Assembly (NCBI GenBank): GCA_016839765.1
Contig: JAEOTP010000092.1
Location: forward strand, 1 to 12,702
Origin: Promethearchaeota archaeon
GTDB lineage: Archaea > Asgardarchaeota > Lokiarchaeia > Sigyniarchaeales > SOKP01
Direction: 5' to 3'
Length of the DNA stretch: 12,702 bases
This document shows, piece after piece, positions 1 to 7,927 of the stretch; position 1 is the stretch's first letter, and the number at the start of each line of letters is the position of its first letter. The notes beneath the pieces were generated by a model, which worked only from the letters and a program-made list of their open reading frames with translations, did no database searches and was not told the DNA's origin. The translations under genes were made by a program, and so were the position numbers.

Positions 1-661
1 ATTCAGATAAATGTCTTGAAGTTTTGGATCTTTCTGCTCTAAATGTTGGCCCCATATTATAAATTTTCCCTAGTGAAAAGATACCTGCCTCAGCGTACAA
101 TTGCCATGTTTGGCTTAGATAGATTTTGTCTTCAAAATATTTAACTTCAAATAAAGTAGCACCACCTTCGGATTGGGTAGGTTGGAATATTGGTGCATCA
201 AATTCATAATAACCATGACTCCTAAAAAATTCATGAATCGCTCCAACGACAGTATGCCTTATTTTTAAAACTGCGTTCAATTTCCTTGATCTTAGCCATA
301 GATGTCTGTTATCGTATAAAAGCTCAGGAGATTGATGTTCCGTAATTGGAAAAGGTTCTGCAATCTGTATAATTTCCAAATCAGATACAGAAACTTCATA
401 ACCAGTAGGAGCCCTTTCATCCTCCTTTAATTTACCTGAAACTTTAACTGAGGATTCAATCGTTAATTTCTCAGCTTTTTCAAACGCTTCTGGATTTTTA
501 CTTTTAGAAATAACACATTGTATTATATCAGATTCATCCCTTAAAACTATAAATACAAACTTATTTGACTTCCTTTCTCGATATACCCAACCTCTTAAAT
601 TTATTTCACCAGAGCCTTTTTTCAGAGCTTCTTCAATTGTTAAATATTTTGATTCCTTCAT
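1..661 (-). CDS. asnS: Asparagine--tRNA ligase, N-terminal 220 codons; continues beyond the left edge of the window
   Basis: Not in the ORF track; translated by hand from ATG at 661-659: MKESKYLTIEEALKKGSGEINLRGWVYRERKSNKFVFIVLRD... (OB-fold anticodon domain), DERAPTGYEV, NRHLWLRS, EGGATLFEVKYF, YLSQTWQLYAEA, and class II motif 2 GPTFRAERSKTSRHLSE. RHLWLR and FRAE..KT.RHL favour AsnRS over AspRS. Confidence 0.93.
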   Translation of the reverse strand, partial: MKESKYLTIEEALKKGSGEINLRGWVYRERKSNKFVFIVLRDESDIIQCVISKSKNPEAFEKAEKLTIESSVKVSGKLKEDERAPTGYEVSVSDLEIIQIAEPFPITEHQSPELLYDNRHLWLRSRKLNAVLKIRHTVVGAIHEFFRSHGYYEFDAPIFQPTQSEGGATLFEVKYFEDKIYLSQTWQLYAEAGIFSLGKIYNMGPTFRAERSKTSRHLSE

Positions 662-814
662 TTTCGAGATAAGATAATTTCAAAATGATATATATGAAAG
701 GATAGGATTTCTAAAAAATTTCACTAAAAACGCTATTTACTTTTAGAATTATATCTTTTTAGAGAATTAAAAAATTTAAAATAAAAGAAAATATATATAT
801 CGAAAAAATTAGCG

Positions 815-1363
815 CTATAATATAAAAATCGCTGCAGCTACAACTGAAGCCCACTCATCTTCATCTCGAACAGTTGCAGATGCTGTAATGTTCTTAGTCT
901 CTACAATTTTCCCTCCCATTTTAAAAACTTCTCGTTTTTCGTCATAGTTAGCATTAGGGTCAAATTCTATTCCTAAAGTAGTAGCTAACATTTCAGCGGC
1001 TAGATCTTCAGCAGTATCTCCTGTTTTTTCTGGTTTAACGCCAAAAGTATGATGTTCACTTAAATATCCATATTGATTTTTATCCGCAGGTTTTGCAACA
1101 CCAATTGAAGCACAAATTAAACGATTATATTCATTAGAATCTACTCTAGCGATAACAGCAAATACAACCTGCCCTGATCGAAGTTGTTTTAGACCATCCT
1201 CTTTGTTTATTTCGATACAATATGGTGGTAAGATAGAAGATACATTAACTAAATTATATTTTTCAATACCAGCATCTCTAAGTGCTTGTTCGAATGCTGC
1301 TAATTTGGATTTATGAAATCCTTTACCTTTTACAAAAAATACCTTCTTTGGGACAAGTGACAT
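815..1363 (-). CDS. pdaD: Pyruvoyl-dependent arginine decarboxylase (produces agmatine)
   Basis: 182 aa with AFEQALRDAGIEKYNLVNVSSILPP, containing the Ser-Ser self-cleavage site, plus YGYLSEH (catalytic Glu), AEDLAAEMLATT and C-terminal VVAAAIF, all typical of the PvlArgDC family. Confidence 0.92.
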   Translation of the reverse strand: MSLVPKKVFFVKGKGFHKSKLAAFEQALRDAGIEKYNLVNVSSILPPYCIEINKEDGLKQLRSGQVVFAVIARVDSNEYNRLICASIGVAKPADKNQYGYLSEHHTFGVKPEKTGDTAEDLAAEMLATTLGIEFDPNANYDEKREVFKMGGKIVETKNITASATVRDEDEWASVVAAAIFIL

Positions 1364-1714
1364 CTCTTAACTTAGGTGTATATAATCTTTATTTATTATA
1401 ATAATAGTAAATACTAAACTTATTTAAACTTAATCAAAATATATTAATAATCTAAAATTATGAAGGAGTAGAAACTAATTTTTCTACTGGATTTCTAAAA
1501 TATCCTGAGAAATATTATAAATCGGCATTTAAGTTTAAGATTTTTAAGGTTAAATCAATAGGTTGAAATATGTGGTTTAAATACGTTATTAGAAAAATCT
1601 TAGCCAATATTTTTTTTTTATAATAGCACTTATTATCAATTAATTAAATCCTATCTAATTTTTGAAATGACAATTTAGTTTTATTTAAAAAATTTAAAGC
1701 ATTTAACTTAATCT
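1364..1714. promoter_or_regulatory. Divergent promoter region between pdaD and DHS paralog 1
   Basis: 351-bp very AT-rich gap between head-to-head genes. TATA-like TTTAAAAA at 1684-1691 lies about 24-31 nt before the ATG at 1715; inverted repeat at 1467-1488. Confidence 0.5.
1467..1488. repeat. Perfect 8-bp inverted repeat AGTAGAAA-N6-TTTCTACT
   Basis: AGTAGAAA (1467-1474), spacer CTAATT, TTTCTACT (1481-1488), read directly from the sequence. Function unknown. Confidence 0.6.
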
Positions 1715-2704
1715 ATGAATAAAAATCATAAAGAAAAGTACCTCATTAAAAAAATATCTCCATTTAATGTCTACAAAGTTAAAAATATCGATGATCTGTT
1801 AAGAAATTTAAAGAAATGTGGATTTCAAGGAAGAAACCTAGGAAAAGCTCTTGATATATTATATAAAATGGTTACTGACCATAAAATCTTAACTGTCTTA
1901 ACTCTTTCAGGAGCAATGATTCCAGCGGGTATGGGTGATATAATATGTGCTTTGATTGAAAATAAACTAATTGATGTCATAGTAAGTACTGGAGCCAATA
2001 CTATTCATGATTTAGTCGATGCTGTTTCAGATATTGGGCATTACATAGGAAGCCCAAATGTTGATGATAATGAGTTATTTAAAGCCCGAATTAACAGAAT
2101 TTATGACACCTTTTTACCAGAGGATAACTATAAACGTGCTGAAAACGTTTTATTGGATATTGTCCATGAAAGCTTTAGCTCAAAAGACATAAATATAACG
2201 CCTTCAGACCTAATGAAAAAAGTAGGAGAAAAAGTAAATGAAAGATGCATTCTTTCTATTGCAGCTAAATATAATATTCCTATATTTGTACCTGCGTTTT
2301 CTGATTCTGAATTTGCATTGAATTTAATAAAATATTCTGTAAGAGAAGGGTATAAGTTTAATTTAGACATATTTGGCGATGTCCTTATATTTGCGAATAT
2401 TATAAGAAAATCAGATGAGTTTGGAACTTTCATTATCGGAGGGGGTGTTCCACGAAATTGGGCTCAACAAATATTTCCATTATTGGATCAAATAGATAAC
2501 ATTGAATCTATGGGTTATAATTACTCAGTCAGAATTACTAGTGCGGTAGAATATGATGGTGGATTATCAGGGTGTACAATAAGTGAAAGTAAATCATGGG
2601 GAAAGTATTCTTTAGAATCTAAATATATCACTGTATGGTGCGATGCAACTATTGCTTTACCAATATTGATTACTGGCTTATTTCAACGTTTAAATATCAT
2701 TTAG
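1715..2704 (+). CDS. Deoxyhypusine synthase family protein, paralog 1 (NAD-dependent aminobutyl transferase-like)
   Basis: GFQGRNLG, LSGAMIPAGM, STGAN..HD, RINRIYD, FVPAFSDS, GGGVPRNWAQQ, DGGLSGCTISESKSWGK (catalytic Lys297 at 2603-2605), CDATIALP. Confidence 0.92.
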   Translation: MNKNHKEKYLIKKISPFNVYKVKNIDDLLRNLKKCGFQGRNLGKALDILYKMVTDHKILTVLTLSGAMIPAGMGDIICALIENKLIDVIVSTGANTIHDLVDAVSDIGHYIGSPNVDDNELFKARINRIYDTFLPEDNYKRAENVLLDIVHESFSSKDINITPSDLMKKVGEKVNERCILSIAAKYNIPIFVPAFSDSEFALNLIKYSVREGYKFNLDIFGDVLIFANIIRKSDEFGTFIIGGGVPRNWAQQIFPLLDQIDNIESMGYNYSVRITSAVEYDGGLSGCTISESKSWGKYSLESKYITVWCDATIALPILITGLFQRLNII

Positions 2705-2756
2705 TTTATAAAAAATAGTACAATAATTTTAAAATGGCTACTTTATTACATCTATT

Positions 2757-3758
2757 ATGCTTAACTCTCGAAAAGAAGATTATCTTATTAGAAAAATCTC
2801 TCCTTTTGATATCAATATTATTAAAAACGTTGATGATGTTTTAAAATCATTGAAACTCTGTGGTTTCCAAGGTAGAAATTTAGGTATAGCTGCTGATATT
2901 CTATATGAAATGTTCAAAGATGAAAGTTGTTTAACCATTCTAACCTTAAGTGGAGCAATGATCCCAGCTGGAATGGGATATTTAATATGTGAATTAATCG
3001 AAAACAAATTAATTGATGTCATTATCTCAACAGGGGCTAACATTACTCACGACTTTATTGATAGCATTTTGAATGGGGGTCATTACCAAGGAAGTGAGGA
3101 TCTAGATGATGAAGATTTATTTAAACATCGAATAAATAGGATATATGATGTTTTTCTTCCTGAAGATAACTATGATACCGCAGAAAAAGAATTACTTAAA
3201 ATCTTATTAAGTAAATTTCCTAATAAAAAATTTGAAATTACTCCATCAGAATTCTTTAAAATTATTGGAAAGGAAATAAAAAACAGAAGTATTTTATCTA
3301 GTGCAGCTAATAATGAAATTTCAATATTTGTTCCAGCTATTTCTGATTCTGAATTTGCACTAGACTTAATAAAATTCACGGATACTGAAGGATTTGATAT
3401 CGATTTTCGAGTACTTAAAGATGTCAAGAATTTTGCTGAAATTGTTAAGAAATCAGATTCTTGTGGAACCTTTATTATCGGAGGGGGCGTTCCGAGAAAT
3501 TGGGCTCAGCAAATTTATCCTTATATTGAAAATGTTGAAAGATTAACCAGAGCGAATTATGAATTTGGTTATAAATACGCTGTAAGAATTCACACCGCAA
3601 CAGAGAAAGATGGCGGTTTAAGCGGGTGTACCTTAAGTGAAAATAAATCTTGGGGTAAATACGCTATGGATGCTAAATATATAAGCGTATGGTGCGATGC
3701 TACTATTGCCTTACCAATATTAATTACGGGAGTTCTACAAAGATTAGAAATAATCTAG
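2757..3758 (+). CDS. Deoxyhypusine synthase family protein, paralog 2
   Basis: Same motif set as paralog 1, with DGGLSGCTLSENKSWGK (Lys301 at 3657-3659). About 60% amino-acid identity to paralog 1 by hand alignment, colinear apart from a 4-aa indel. Confidence 0.92.
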   Translation: MLNSRKEDYLIRKISPFDINIIKNVDDVLKSLKLCGFQGRNLGIAADILYEMFKDESCLTILTLSGAMIPAGMGYLICELIENKLIDVIISTGANITHDFIDSILNGGHYQGSEDLDDEDLFKHRINRIYDVFLPEDNYDTAEKELLKILLSKFPNKKFEITPSEFFKIIGKEIKNRSILSSAANNEISIFVPAISDSEFALDLIKFTDTEGFDIDFRVLKDVKNFAEIVKKSDSCGTFIIGGGVPRNWAQQIYPYIENVERLTRANYEFGYKYAVRIHTATEKDGGLSGCTLSENKSWGKYAMDAKYISVWCDATIALPILITGVLQRLEII

Positions 3759-3803
3759 GACCTTATATTATCTTAGAATTAAGATTAAGAATTGAATCAT
3801 TAA

Positions 3804-4589
3804 TTATGAATCTTCTTTTTTCCTAAGGAGATATTTTGAGAAAATATTCATATAAAGACATTCTTCAGGAGGCATTTCCATTGTTAGTTTTGGTTTTTCT
3901 GTAAATTCCACATCTGTTCCTCGAATGATTACGACAGGCGTTTGTTTGTCTGCTTCACTTAATAGGAACTGAGCAGCACTCGCAAGATCATCAGCTATAG
4001 CCCTCATGGTTATTTCTAAAGGTCTATTAAATAGATCTGGTTTACCTCGTAAATCCTCGATGGGTTCAAATCCCACAGTTGCTATTGCAATCCCAATTGT
4101 ACCTTTTCTAAGGGGTTGAACACGAGAATCTGCTATAATAATCCCTAGATTATTTAATTTGAACTCTTTTCTTAGAGTCTTCCAAAACTTCCAGATTACT
4201 TCATCAAGATTTTTTGGAAGAAGGACTACTTTACCACCTCCCGCATTAGATTGGTCTATTCCTGCATTTGCAATTAGAAAATCATTTACTTTAGTCAAAA
4301 TTACGTGTTTCATTCCTCCCAAAACCATGGAAGCTTCATCTAAAATCAGTTTAACGTATCGTTCATCCATATTATATTGTCTTGCTAAATCTTTTGCTTG
4401 ATTTGAGATATTTTTTACTTCGGATAGTTTTTTAACTCTTCCTTGGGATGTTGCAACTACTTTTTCAGCAATTACTATAATATCTCCTTCATTTAAAGAA
4501 CCTATTGTCTTTCTAATATTTGTAATGATGATTTTGAGTAAATCATCATTTTCTTTTATAAGTGGAAGTTTAATTTCAAATAACTCCAT
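3804..4589 (-). CDS. CofE-family gamma-glutamyl ligase (F420-0:glutamate ligase fold); possible alternative folate/pteroate glutamate ligase
   Basis: LPLIKENDDL, GDIIVIAEKVVATSQGR, ANAGIDQSN, IIADSRVQPLRKG, DLRGKPDLFNRPLEIT, ADDLASAA and TPVVIIRG are CofE-family motifs. Substrate is uncertain. Confidence 0.88.
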   Translation of the reverse strand: MELFEIKLPLIKENDDLLKIIITNIRKTIGSLNEGDIIVIAEKVVATSQGRVKKLSEVKNISNQAKDLARQYNMDERYVKLILDEASMVLGGMKHVILTKVNDFLIANAGIDQSNAGGGKVVLLPKNLDEVIWKFWKTLRKEFKLNNLGIIIADSRVQPLRKGTIGIAIATVGFEPIEDLRGKPDLFNRPLEITMRAIADDLASAAQFLLSEADKQTPVVIIRGTDVEFTEKPKLTMEMPPEECLYMNIFSKYLLRKKEDS

Positions 4590-4645
4590 CGTAGATTAAA
4601 AAAATTAAACTTATTTGATATAGTTTTTTACACTTCTAGATATAT
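4590..4645. promoter_or_regulatory. Compact bidirectional promoter region for cofE-like and folP
   Basis: Only 56 bp separate the divergent ATGs; central AT-rich core AAACTTATTTGATATAGTTTTTT; no SD on either side. Confidence 0.5.
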
Positions 4646-5509
4646 ATGAAAAAAATTTATGCAAAATTCTTTGATTCTTTAGAAATTGGTGATGAGTTCC
4701 CTACGGTTATAATGGGAGTATTAAATTTAAGCCCTGAATCTTTCTACAAAGGTTCTGTGTATAATGATCTTAGTCAGATGAAAAATGCTGCTTTAGAGAT
4801 GGTTAATAATGGAGCAAATATTTTAGATTTAGGTGCTAGATCAACGGCTCCATGGTCTAGAAAAATTAAAATTGAAGAAGAAATTAGTAGATTCACACCT
4901 GCTATGGAAAAGTTATGTGAAGTAATGCCTGAAAATGTAATCATCTCAGTTGATACCCAATTTAGCCAAGTAGCCCAAAAAGCTTATAAAATTTCAAAAA
5001 AGTATGATAGAAAAATAGTAATCAATGATGTAAGCTGCTTAAAAACCGATCCTATGTTAGCGGATTTCATAATTGAAAACAATCTTCCCATTATTATAAT
5101 GGCTTCAAAAAAATTTCCAGGGGATTTATTAACTATAGAAGAGATCATTAAGGAATTTAAATTTACTATTAATAATTTGGTACAAAAGGGCTATGATGAG
5201 ACCAAAATAATTTTAGATCCGGGTATAGGGCATTGGATTGAAGAAAAAACACATATATATGATTTAAAGATAATTAACAACCTATCCAAATTAAGAACTT
5301 TAAATAAACCAATATTGGTGGCAATATCAAGAAAATCCTTTATTGGTACAACCTTGAATAAACCAGATCCAAAGCATCGCTTAAATGGTACTTTATCTGC
5401 TACAAGCATAGCTGTTTTTAATGGTGCCCATGTAGTCCGCACTCACGATGTTAATGAACAATTATTAGAAATAGTTAGAATGGCAAGAGAAATAAGGATC
5501 AATTATTAG
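4646..5509 (+). CDS. folP: Dihydropteroate synthase (archaeal-type motif variants)
   Basis: IMGVLNLSPESFY, LDLGARSTAP, ISVDT, INDVS, ILDPGIG, ISRKSFIG (pterin-binding Lys) and VRTHDV fit the DHPS TIM barrel. Confidence 0.93.
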   Translation: MKKIYAKFFDSLEIGDEFPTVIMGVLNLSPESFYKGSVYNDLSQMKNAALEMVNNGANILDLGARSTAPWSRKIKIEEEISRFTPAMEKLCEVMPENVIISVDTQFSQVAQKAYKISKKYDRKIVINDVSCLKTDPMLADFIIENNLPIIIMASKKFPGDLLTIEEIIKEFKFTINNLVQKGYDETKIILDPGIGHWIEEKTHIYDLKIINNLSKLRTLNKPILVAISRKSFIGTTLNKPDPKHRLNGTLSATSIAVFNGAHVVRTHDVNEQLLEIVRMAREIRINY

Positions 5510-5527
5510 TTTTTCTTTTTTGTATTT
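5510..5527 (+). terminator. Putative oligo-T (archaeal-type) terminator after folP
   Basis: TTTTTCTTTTTTGTATTT directly follows the folP stop codon; no hairpin seen. Confidence 0.4.
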
Positions 5528-5851
5528 GGATTTGAAAGCGTTAAAGATCTTAAATATTCAAACGAAAATTTGAAAGGAATTATATTAAGCTTTTCAATTT
5601 TTTACTATTTTTTATAGTCGAAATTATTGCCCGCCTAATCAATCCCTCTAAAATTTAAAGCCAAATTAAAAATATCCCCCAACTTAAATTGTATTATTCA
5701 CAAGAAATTTAACTATATTAATTTTTTCTTTATTTTGGTTAATGAAAAACTGTGCTTATATTTAAATTAGCGGAATACCTTATATTATATGTAAAAAGTT
5801 AAATTATCACATAACTTCAACTAAGAATTGATTAATTTAACCTTACATTAG

Positions 5852-7879
<2,028 letters not shown>

Positions 7880-7927
7880 TTCTAACTTATTTAATTATAA
7901 TAATTTAAATTTGAAAAGGTGCCATAA

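Noticed and set aside
2128-2433. 101-aa antisense ORF inside DHS paralog 1, similar to antisense ORF 3170..3427 in paralog 2 (shared NSESE.AGTNI)
   Set aside because: The similarity is simply the reverse complement of the conserved FVPA.SDSEF codons; these are shadow ORFs with no independent motifs.
2780-3427. Antisense ORFs 2780..3043 and 3170..3427
   Set aside because: Fully nested opposite a well-supported gene, with Ser/Ile/Phe-rich composition typical of shadow frames.
1715-3758. One DHS copy being a pseudogene or an assembly duplication artefact
   Set aside because: Both frames are intact and full length, about 40% diverged, with conservation concentrated in catalytic motifs.
3759-3803. 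Recurrent TAAGAATT-like words in intergenic gaps (also near 5822 and 12346)
   Set aside because: Short AT-only words are expected by chance at this composition, and they have no consistent position or CRISPR-like periodicity.
4159-4401. 80-aa plus-strand ORF
   Set aside because: Antisense shadow of the CofE-family gene with no recognisable features.
5191-5442. 83-aa minus-strand ORF
   Set aside because: Antisense shadow of folP.
5507-5617. The folP frame stays open for 35 codons after its TAG, suggesting possible amber readthrough or pyrrolysine
   Set aside because: The DHPS domain is already complete at the TAG, the extension starts in a poly-T terminator-like tract, and an open stretch this long can occur by chance.
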